DNA of 38,583 nt, taken from the IMG/VR virus record IMGVR_UViG_3300025896_000023; one strand, 5' to 3'. Below the pieces are notes generated by a model. That model did no database searches. It was not told the DNA's origin and saw nothing but the letters and a program-made list of their open reading frames with translations. The translations under genes were made by a program, and so were the position numbers. The stretch's first letter is position 1. Each line of letters opens with the position of its first letter. This DNA comes from a virus (taxonomy: Duplodnaviria > Heunggongvirae > Uroviricota > Caudoviricetes). Of the stretch, positions 19,749 to 26,868 are shown in pieces.

Positions 19749-19791
19749 TTAATTATAAGTAAATCTAACTATAATCGATGATACGTGAAAA
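19749..19791 (-). promoter_or_regulatory. Early promoter copy 3
   Basis: Minus strand reads ttttcacgtatcatcgattatagttagatttacttataattaa. Confidence 0.8.
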
Positions 19792-19811
19792 TTTAAAGTG
19801 TTAAAACTTTG

Positions 19812-20030
19812 TTATTTTTTCTTGTACTTATTGTATAGCATATTAATCATAGTACCTAGTACAAATACGTTTAGTAAGATAATAAGAGAATTTACAGGTT
19901 CTTTAAGCATATATTCTAATGCGATGCATGATGCTAAGATTACGTTTGAAACTAATAGGTAAGCTAATGTACAGAATACTATTGAACCTACTAAACCAAC
20001 TATTGCCATTTTAAAAGATCTACGTGTCAT
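19812..20030 (-). CDS. Small early membrane protein (2 TM helices)
   Basis: Two hydrophobic stretches and a KYKKK tail; has its own promoter copy. Confidence 0.7.
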   Translation of the reverse strand: MTRRSFKMAIVGLVGSIVFCTLAYLLVSNVILASCIALEYMLKEPVNSLIILLNVFVLGTMINMLYNKYKKK

Positions 20031-20044
20031 ATTGTTTTTGTTTT

Positions 20045-20087
20045 TTAATTATAAGTAAATCTAATCAAATTGGGTGATATGTGAAAA
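20045..20087 (-). promoter_or_regulatory. Early promoter copy 4
   Basis: Minus strand reads ttttcacatatcacccaatttgattagatttacttataattaa. Confidence 0.78.
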
Positions 20088-20124
20088 TTTAAAGTGTTAA
20101 AACTTTGTTAAATTTTAGACATAG

Positions 20125-20147
20125 AAAAACCCCCATATAGAGGGTTT
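20125..20147 (-). terminator. Rho-independent terminator downstream of the DUF932-like gene
   Basis: Minus strand reads AAACCCTC-TATAT-GGGGGTTTTT. Confidence 0.65.
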
Positions 20148-20207
20148 GAAATGGATTTAAAACCTGAGTCTTACAGCGTCTAGAATTGTGATGCTCCGTT
20201 TATAATC

Positions 20208-21347
20208 CTAGTTTAATAATGAACCACTACGAACTAATTCTCTACCACCAAAGATATCTGGCATAGTGTTCTCGTGGTCAAATGATTTTTTACCGAATAG
20301 GTTACCTGATTTAACCATCAAGTCTGATGCATTATAATCTTGCATATTAGTATCTATAATACCAGTAGCATGTGTTGCGAAGTGGGTTACTCCATTAACA
20401 ACATCCCATACAGAAGTATTTGATTTTGCATGTTTTAATTGGTCTGTACTTAATGTGTCAAACCCTGCTTTATAGAATGCATTCATGTTTTCTGCTAGAG
20501 GCAACCAGTTATCTGAACGTTCTCCAGCAAATGGAGCGATGAGGTTATGTGCAAATTGTAATTCATGTAGAGAGGCAGGGGTGTTATGCGCTGCTCTTAC
20601 TCGTTCTGCAAATCCTTGAGGTGCAAAGTTATTTTTACGTAATTCATTTAAGTTTTCAAAGAATTTCTCCATTGAACCCTGATCTAATGAATTTAATGTA
20701 TATGATTCTTGGGCGAATGCTGTAGTTAATCCATTAGTACACCATTGGCGGTTAACATATGGAAGGACTTGAAAACCATCTTTAGGTGAATTTTGAAAAG
20801 TAACACCTCCGGTGAATACTTCGTTGCTTAATCCTTGAACTGCAAAGTTTGCATTAGGGTTAAATGCATTAATAGTTACAATACCTGTTCCTGGATCTAC
20901 TGACCAATTGGAAACTTCCATACTGTTATTGTCTATAATGTTTTCGGCAACACCCATAAATTGTGCGTTTGAAATACCGAACTGATCTTTCTTAGTAATA
21001 GCAACAACATACTTAGTAAGTGGGTTAAGTACCAATGTTACTTCAGATAATTTACCGCTATTAGAAGACATTGCATTTTTCATTGTATTAATGAATTGTG
21101 ATTTAGCTTCTTTAGTAAATAGGGTTTCAAATTTTTGTGCGAATGCTTGAGACATTCCTAATAAACCAAGCAAATTCTTAAATGCCGATTTAGTAACAGA
21201 TATACGGGATCCATTAAATTCAATTGTTTCGGCGTCAATAATATTGATATCACGGAAATGTACAACCTTGCGAAGATTTTGTGCTTCTAATGTATTTACC
21301 TTCTTACGATCAATAACTTGACTTGATAATGTTTGAATTGTTGCCAT
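20208..21347 (-). CDS. DUF932-like early protein
   Basis: VNRQWCTNGLTT (RxxCxNG) and SVWDVVNGVTHFATH (WxxxNxxTxxxxH) motifs. Confidence 0.6.
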   Translation of the reverse strand: MATIQTLSSQVIDRKKVNTLEAQNLRKVVHFRDINIIDAETIEFNGSRISVTKSAFKNLLGLLGMSQAFAQKFETLFTKEAKSQFINTMKNAMSSNSGKLSEVTLVLNPLTKYVVAITKKDQFGISNAQFMGVAENIIDNNSMEVSNWSVDPGTGIVTINAFNPNANFAVQGLSNEVFTGGVTFQNSPKDGFQVLPYVNRQWCTNGLTTAFAQESYTLNSLDQGSMEKFFENLNELRKNNFAPQGFAERVRAAHNTPASLHELQFAHNLIAPFAGERSDNWLPLAENMNAFYKAGFDTLSTDQLKHAKSNTSVWDVVNGVTHFATHATGIIDTNMQDYNASDLMVKSGNLFGKKSFDHENTMPDIFGGRELVRSGSLLN

Positions 21348-21399
21348 AATTGTTTTTGTTTATATTTATATGATTAATTAAAAAATTGTTTCAGTATTA

Positions 21400-21522
21400 T
21401 TAGGAATTAATTGCTCTGCATACCCATGATTGAGATACTTTAAGTCTATCAGCAATAATAGATGTAGTTAAGTTATCATTGAAGAATAAGTCCTTTGCGA
21501 TTTGTGTTTTTGTAAGTTTCAT
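21400..21522 (-). CDS. 40-aa helix-turn-helix mini-protein (MKLTKTQIAKDLFFNDNLTTSIIADRLKVSQSWVCRAINS); not in the ORF track
   Basis: ATG at 21522 just downstream of early promoter copy 5; TAA at 21402-21400; IADRLKVSQSWVCRAI fits an HTH pattern. Confidence 0.7.
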   Translation of the reverse strand: MKLTKTQIAKDLFFNDNLTTSIIADRLKVSQSWVCRAINS

Positions 21523-21534
21523 AATTTGTTTGTT

Positions 21535-21578
21535 TTAATTATAATGTAAATCTAACTATAATAGATGATCCGTGAAAA
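21535..21578 (-). promoter_or_regulatory. Early promoter copy 5
   Basis: Minus strand reads ttttcacggatcatctattatagttagatttacattataattaa. Confidence 0.8.
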
Positions 21579-21629
21579 CTTTTTTACAACTATTTTCAAA
21601 AAAGTTGTTAACACTCCTTTGTTAATAAC

Positions 21630-21817
21630 TTTATGGCGGGCTGGTTCATTATGTCGCGGAAATTGATTAATTTTATATGATGCCCCTTGGTTAGGGAATA
21701 TTTAAATATTTATGTATGGTGGAGTCTACTCTTCCCCCTAGCAAGGATAGGGACGCCCATGTCGAATCTTCCGATTCTTTGTCTTTCGACGCGTTATGTC
21801 ATTTTGTTATTTTCCAT
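21630..21817 (-). ncRNA. Candidate structured small RNA (~190 nt), possibly with a 7-codon minigene MENNKMT
   Basis: Downstream of a promoter with a perfect TATATTTG box. GNRA hairpins GTC-GAAA-GAC (21781-21790) and GAATC-GGAA-GATTC (21764-21777) read as GNRA only on the minus strand. Also CCCTA/TAGGG stem; no long ORF. The 3' boundary is uncertain. Confidence 0.45.
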
Positions 21818-21820
21818 ATA

Positions 21821-21850
21821 CAAATATAACTATAATACTTGAAATAAAAA
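21821..21850 (-). promoter_or_regulatory. Early promoter variant with exact Bacteroidota -7 box (TATATTTG)
   Basis: Minus strand reads ...tttcaagtattatagtTATATTTGtata; shares TTATAGT with the other copies. Confidence 0.65.
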
Positions 21851-21916
21851 AACATTGGCCTAATTATTTTCAATAAGATATGAACATTAAATTGTTAATA
21901 ACTTTGTCCTATTATA

Positions 21917-21960
21917 TTTTCATGGGTCATGGATAATAGTTAGATTTACATTATAATTAA
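21917..21960 (+). promoter_or_regulatory. Early promoter copy 6 (rightward)
   Basis: ttttcatgggtcatggataatagttagatttacattataattaa; GTTAATAAC box at 21894-21902. Confidence 0.8.
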
Positions 21961-21973
21961 AACATATAAAAAC

Positions 21974-22405
21974 ATGACAAATTTAGTAAACACCACAGGT
22001 ATCAACACAGTTAACTATTTAAAAGATTATTCAACTGGTAGATTTAGATTTATTGCAAAATGCAGAGCAGGTTTCATGACAGTATCGGACGCATTTAGTT
22101 TTGACAATGCACATTACATCCAATACCCTGAATCATTATTGGTTGCATATAAGAAAGGTGCTATCCAAACAATTGAATTCTGCCCAGACGGAGGAGATTA
22201 TTACTTAACAGTATTTGCAAAGAAAGGAAATAAGGTTGTAATAATAGATGAGACTATCTTGGCTAGCCTAACAGTAGGAACTATCAACCAGTTATATTCA
22301 AATACAAATCTTTATAACCAATCACAATATGCTGCTGTTGGAGCTAAGACGTGGGCAGATAAAGCATATGCAATTAATAATATGGCAGTCCTAGAGAACC
22401 TCTAA
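21974..22405 (+). CDS. Early hypothetical protein
   Basis: 143 aa directly downstream of the rightward early promoter. Confidence 0.75.
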   Translation: MTNLVNTTGINTVNYLKDYSTGRFRFIAKCRAGFMTVSDAFSFDNAHYIQYPESLLVAYKKGAIQTIEFCPDGGDYYLTVFAKKGNKVVIIDETILASLTVGTINQLYSNTNLYNQSQYAAVGAKTWADKAYAINNMAVLENL

Positions 22406-22441
22406 TATATAGATTATAAATTAACATTAAAACATTTAACC

Positions 22442-22576
22442 ATGGCAGCTAATATCCTACAGACATCTAAAGAGATTCAACAACAAATCCTAAAGACTAA
22501 AACCGAAGATCCGCATAACTATAAAAAGATCCAAAGGTTACAACAACTATTGGATAAACTTTCAAATGACAAATAA
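22442..22576 (+). CDS. Small helical protein (44 aa, MAANILQTSKEIQQQILKTKTEDPHNYKKIQRLQQLLDKLSNDK); not in the ORF track
   Basis: ATG at 22442; TAATG coupling to the next ORF at 22574-22578. Confidence 0.55.
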   Translation: MAANILQTSKEIQQQILKTKTEDPHNYKKIQRLQQLLDKLSNDK

Positions 22577-23265
22577 TGAAGTATACTGGGGTAAATTTCT
22601 CATTAGCAGATAAGATAAATTCTGCTAAGACACAAACTACAGATAGGACTGATACAACTCAAATTCCTACTAGGGTTAACCCATCCCCAGGCGACCCATC
22701 ATTATCAGTAGATACTTCTAATATCGATAATGCAGGTTCATATGTCAGTCAAAGACAATCGACAGCTACCGATGCAACCTCACCATCCAAAACAACACAA
22801 ATAGCAAATAAGACTAGTGAACTAACATATCAAAAGCCAACTGACGCAGTATATCCTAGAGAAACTGATCCTGGCAAAATAATCCCATCACCTAAAACTA
22901 AAGGATTTGCAGAAAGACTACTAGATGCACAAATGTCTAATTACCTAATAGATAATAAGAGACCAACTCCTAGTAATACAACATCAGAATATCCTAAAGA
23001 ACAGGGTACCCATATAAACAATTCTCAACCAGAGGATAATACGATCACGCGACCTAATCCAGGTATTTTCGATCCAAGTAGTATAGGTACTATAAACCCT
23101 AAAGCTCCCTCAGGGGATCCCCTAGGGAACATCCCTGGAGGCACTCCTGGAGCAACCCCTGAGGGTTCCCTAGGGCCTTTATATACGCCTCCTGCCATCT
23201 TTAAGGCACCTACTAGTCCTAAGGGCTTTACTACACCTAAGATTAATTTACCCAAATTCAAATAA
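22576..23265 (+). CDS. Pro/Thr/Ser-rich, probably disordered protein
   Basis: 229-aa ORF, TAATG-coupled, low complexity; its 3' end is palindrome-rich at the DNA level. Confidence 0.55.
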   Translation: MKYTGVNFSLADKINSAKTQTTDRTDTTQIPTRVNPSPGDPSLSVDTSNIDNAGSYVSQRQSTATDATSPSKTTQIANKTSELTYQKPTDAVYPRETDPGKIIPSPKTKGFAERLLDAQMSNYLIDNKRPTPSNTTSEYPKEQGTHINNSQPEDNTITRPNPGIFDPSSIGTINPKAPSGDPLGNIPGGTPGATPEGSLGPLYTPPAIFKAPTSPKGFTTPKINLPKFK

Positions 23266-23854
23266 GGGTCCTATAGGACCCACTTGACCCTAGACACTAT
23301 AGGCCTTACAGGGTACCCTCAGGACAACTGCGGACCCTAGGTCACTGCAGCGTCAAATAGGCCCACAAGGACCCACTGCCAAATATTGCCAATCCAACAC
23401 TATAGGCCTAGACGCGAGTGGTGATGGACGTAGAGCAAATGGAGTCATCATTGCATCAATTAGCCTTAAAGCGTATAGACCTTCATTTCGATAGAGAGAC
23501 ATGAAGGCATATGAGTAGAAAGCGCAAATTGACTAAGAGTTTTAGGGTTGAGAGTTAGAGATGCATAGGTTTCTATTCATCTACTAATAATTAGCTATAT
23601 AGCGATCGACCTTCCTATAAGCCTACCATTAGTCCCAGTCCAGAGATTCACTACACTCCAACCCATGCAGGTCTCAGTGTCTCTCTAAGGTCATCAAATC
23701 CCTTGAGAATGTGTCAACATACCCTCAGACGTTTCTCCATCCTACACACCCCTAGAAAAGTCAAAGTACCTGGATGAAAAAAATACCCCGGGGGAAATGG
23801 TCGACCACTTACGTACTGTGGGAGTAACTATAAGAAATATAAGTACTAAAACAA

Positions 23855-23877
23855 CACAGATATTGCCACAGATATTG
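23855..23877 (+). repeat. Tandem direct repeat CACAGATATTG x2
   Basis: Copies at 23855-23865 and 23867-23877. Confidence 0.75.
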
Positions 23878-23936
23878 ACCCCTAGCACACCTCAGAGTAA
23901 ATGTGAAAAATATTATAAAAAAGTTTCACAGATTCT

Positions 23937-23965
23937 GAAACAAACGGGAGTACTGACAATATAAC
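23937..23965 (+). promoter_or_regulatory. Middle-type promoter variant (GAAAC-N18-TATAAC) with no downstream ORF
   Basis: GAAAC 23937-23941, TATAAC 23960-23965. Confidence 0.4.
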
Positions 23966-24004
23966 TTAAGTCTTTAAGCCTGAGGGAAGACCAAGAGGGC
24001 AGAT

Positions 24005-24067
24005 TACAGGAGATTTGAGGTCTCACAGTACAGGAGAGGTTTGAGGTCTCACCCGATGTAAGGTCTC
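24005..24067 (+). repeat. Iteron-like direct repeat TACAGGAGA(GG)TTTGAGGTCTCAC x2 plus partial AGGTCTC
   Basis: Copies at 24005-24026, 24029-24052 and 24061-24067. Confidence 0.75.
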
Positions 24068-24494
24068 TATATAAAATAATTTACCCTAAAAATAGGTGAC
24101 TACCCAAATGAGGCGGAGGGGTGGCTGTTGTTGTAAGAACTATAAGTAATAAAAATAAATCGACATTTCGTTATTAGTATAAGACTATATAGATCAGATA
24201 ATAAAAACGATATTCATATAGATCTATATAGACAAGTAAGCAATCACACAAATATGGGAAATTATTTAAAGTATCATGAGGATGTGACAAGTATGGGTGT
24301 TGTTGCAAGGATCCCCTGATATTTTGGGGAATTACCCTTTAAGGTTCTGATATTCCTCCGGAGGATCTGAGGCCAGGGCCCCTATTATTATAGTAAAAAA
24401 TGAGTTTTTTGATGTTGATAAATTAAATTTTCCCACACCTATTAAAGATGGAAGATCTATGAGAAATAACTTGGAAATTATCTAAGAAATAAAT

Positions 24495-24522
24495 GAAACA
24501 AATACTAATAAGCTAATATAAA
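24495..24522 (+). promoter_or_regulatory. Middle-type promoter GAAAC-N17-TATAAA
   Basis: GAAAC 24495-24499, TATAAA 24517-24522. Confidence 0.6.
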
Positions 24523-24538
24523 TTACAAATAATCTAAT

Positions 24539-24745
24539 ATGTGGAAGACAAAAGAAATAACTAGACCAAACGGAACTAAGAAACGCCTAATGATTTGCCA
24601 AAATTCAAAACCAGGTGAAAGTAAATGGGGAGATTATGCACCTGAGGGTGGAATTTGTGAAAATTGGAGTGAGGTTGCACACAATACTACTGCATCCCTA
24701 TGTCCTGAATGTACCGGTAGATCAGTCGGAGGCATGAAAATATAA
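24539..24745 (+). CDS. Small Cys4 zinc-binding protein
   Basis: LMIC...GIC...LCPECTG, four Cys including a CxxC. Confidence 0.65.
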   Translation: MWKTKEITRPNGTKKRLMICQNSKPGESKWGDYAPEGGICENWSEVAHNTTASLCPECTGRSVGGMKI

Positions 24746-24799
24746 AGATATATAGAGTAACATATGATTTTGTTTTGAACCAACAATTTTTTCTATTAC

Positions 24800-24828
24800 A
24801 AGCTACCTTTAATCGGGTAGCTTTTTTT
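24800..24828 (+). terminator. Rho-independent terminator
   Basis: AAGCTACCT-TTAATC-GGGTAGCTT followed by a T run. Confidence 0.8.
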
Positions 24829-24851
24829 ATTAGAATAAATAGAATATAGAG

Positions 24852-24879
24852 GAAACAAAATCATTTTTTTCAATACAAA
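24852..24879 (+). promoter_or_regulatory. Middle-type promoter variant GAAAC-N17-TACAAA
   Basis: Same spacing as the other copies; upstream of clpC. Confidence 0.5.
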
Positions 24880-24897
24880 TATTATAAATAATAAAAT

Positions 24898-26868
24898 ATG
24901 TCTAAGAAAACAAATACACCTTTCATCGATCAATTCGGAGAAGATTTAACTAAAATGGCAAGTGAAGGTAAATTGGATCCTATCATCGGTAGGGAAAAGG
25001 AAGTTTATCGTATATGTCAAATTCTTTCAAGAAGAAAGAAAAACAATCCTATTATTTTAGGAGATCCAGGGGTTGGTAAAACTGCATTAGTGGAAGCCAT
25101 TGCTCAGCGAATTGTTGATAAACAAGTTGCAATGACTCTTCTTAATAAGAGAATCGTTTCGCTTAATATTTCAAATATAGTCGCTGGTACAAAATACCGT
25201 GGCGAATTTGAGGAACGCATGAAAAATATAGTGGATGAATTAAAAGAAAATAGAGATGTTATTGTCTTTATCGACGAAATTCATACCATTGTAGGTGCAG
25301 GTGGTGTTAGTGGATCTTTAGATGCTAGTAATATACTAAAACCTGCGCTAGCAAGAGGACAGGTACAATGTATTGGCGCAACCACATTGGATGAGTATAG
25401 AGAAAATATTGAAAAGGATGGTGCACTTACCAGAAGATTTCAAGAAGTTTTTATAGATCCACCCTCAATTGAAGATACTATTGAAATTCTTAATAGAATT
25501 AAACCTAATTATGAAGATTATCATGCAGTATCGTATAGCGACGAGGCAATAAAGGCATGTGTTACTTTATCTGAAAGATATATTACACAAAGAGAATTAC
25601 CAGATAAAGCCATTGATGTAATGGATGAGGCAGGTGCAAAGGTACATTTAAAGGAGGTTAAAATACCAGAAAGTATTAAAGAACTTGAAATTGAAGCTGA
25701 AAAGTATAAGGCATCTAAATTAATTGCAGTTGAACAACAGGACTACGAGAAAGCTGGTAAATTTAGAGATTTAGAATTAGCAAAAAAAGAAGAAATCCAA
25801 ACTTCAACAAAGGAATGGGAAACTTCTTTACGCGATAATAAAAAACAGGTAACTTACGAAGATATTGCTGAAACTATTTCACAAACTACTGGAATTCCAA
25901 TTACAAGAATGACTGACGATGAAAATAGAATCATTGTTGAAATGGAAAAGGAATTAAAATCCATGATTATCGGTCAGGATCTTGCGGTTGAAGGATTATG
26001 TAGAGTTATTAAAAGAAGTAGAACAGGTGTAAGTTCATCTAAAAAACCAATTGGATCATTTATGTTTATTGGACCTACAGGGGTAGGTAAAACTGAAATG
26101 GTTAAAGCTTTAACTGAATATTATTTTGGAAGTGAAGAGGCATTGATTAGAATCGATATGTCAGAATATCAGGAAAAATTCAATGTAAGTAGACTGATAG
26201 GTTCTCCTCCAGGATATGTTGGATATGAAGAAGGAGGACAACTAACAGAACAAGTTCGTCGCAAACCATATTCGGTAGTATTATTTGATGAGGTTGAGAA
26301 AGCACATCCAGATATTTTTAATACATTACTACAGGTATTAGATGAAGGTAGATTAACAGATACATCCGGTAGAATAATTGATTTTACAAATACTATTATT
26401 ATTATGACTTCAAATATTGGTGCTAAGCGAGTTGCAGAGTTCGGGGCAGGAATCGGGTTTAATAGTACTACATCATCATCATCTCATAAGATGGAAATGG
26501 AAACAGTTATTAGAAAAGAACTTAAAAATAAGTTTGCTCCAGAATTTTTGAATAGATTAGATGATATTGTTTTATTTGATGGATTAAAACAAGAACATGT
26601 ATTACAAATTGCAGATATTGAAATTAATAAAGTAATTGAAAGAATGGCATCACAAGACTATTCAATTAAACTTACAAAAACTGCCATGATTTTCTTAGCA
26701 GAAAAAGGATATGATGCACAATATGGTGCTAGGCCATTAAAAAGAGCAGTACAAACTTACGTTGAAGATTTATTAGCAGATTCTATTATTATGGGACAAG
26801 TTATTAAAGGTTCTAAGGTATATACCATTTCGCATAAAAAAGGAGATGAGAAACTTTCCATAAAGTAA
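24898..26868 (+). CDS. clpC: ClpC-type AAA+ unfoldase lacking the N-terminal domain
   Basis: Starts at TPFIDQFGEDLT...GKLDPIIGRE. NBD1 GDPGVGKT / FIDEIH, UVR-like M-domain (VEQQDYEKAGKFRD), NBD2 GPTGVGKT / LFDEVEKAH, IGF loop (GIGF), GARPLKR. Confidence 0.9.
   Translation: MSKKTNTPFIDQFGEDLTKMASEGKLDPIIGREKEVYRICQILSRRKKNNPIILGDPGVGKTALVEAIAQRIVDKQVAMTLLNKRIVSLNISNIVAGTKYRGEFEERMKNIVDELKENRDVIVFIDEIHTIVGAGGVSGSLDASNILKPALARGQVQCIGATTLDEYRENIEKDGALTRRFQEVFIDPPSIEDTIEILNRIKPNYEDYHAVSYSDEAIKACVTLSERYITQRELPDKAIDVMDEAGAKVHLKEVKIPESIKELEIEAEKYKASKLIAVEQQDYEKAGKFRDLELAKKEEIQTSTKEWETSLRDNKKQVTYEDIAETISQTTGIPITRMTDDENRIIVEMEKELKSMIIGQDLAVEGLCRVIKRSRTGVSSSKKPIGSFMFIGPTGVGKTEMVKALTEYYFGSEEALIRIDMSEYQEKFNVSRLIGSPPGYVGYEEGGQLTEQVRRKPYSVVLFDEVEKAHPDIFNTLLQVLDEGRLTDTSGRIIDFTNTIIIMTSNIGAKRVAEFGAGIGFNSTTSSSSHKMEMETVIRKELKNKFAPEFLNRLDDIVLFDGLKQEHVLQIADIEINKVIERMASQDYSIKLTKTAMIFLAEKGYDAQYGARPLKRAVQTYVEDLLADSIIMGQVIKGSKVYTISHKKGDEKLSIK

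Larger units (their letters stand above)
23266..24494. other. Right non-coding flank of the early island; candidate replication origin / terminus region
   Basis: 1.2 kb without an ORF, dense long palindromes, direct repeats, a local C-rich to G-rich switch near 23950, and an AT-rich tract at ~24140-24240. Confidence 0.55.

Noticed and set aside
21630-21817. tRNA or hammerhead/other known ribozyme in the structured intergenic region
   Set aside because: No T-arm GTTCRA within a cloverleaf and no CUGAUGA...GAAA core. It is kept only as an unclassified ncRNA candidate.
16846-24494. Stop-codon reassignment (TAG or TGA) explaining the ORF-poor flanks
   Set aside because: Recognisable genes are full length in the standard code, TAG and TGA end genes sensibly (20208, 30004, 11498), and the flanks contain many TAA.
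16846-24494. The two flanks as terminal inverted or direct repeats of an integrated mobile element
   Set aside because: I found no extended sequence match between the flanks, only shared short motifs and composition, and no integrase or transposase gene.
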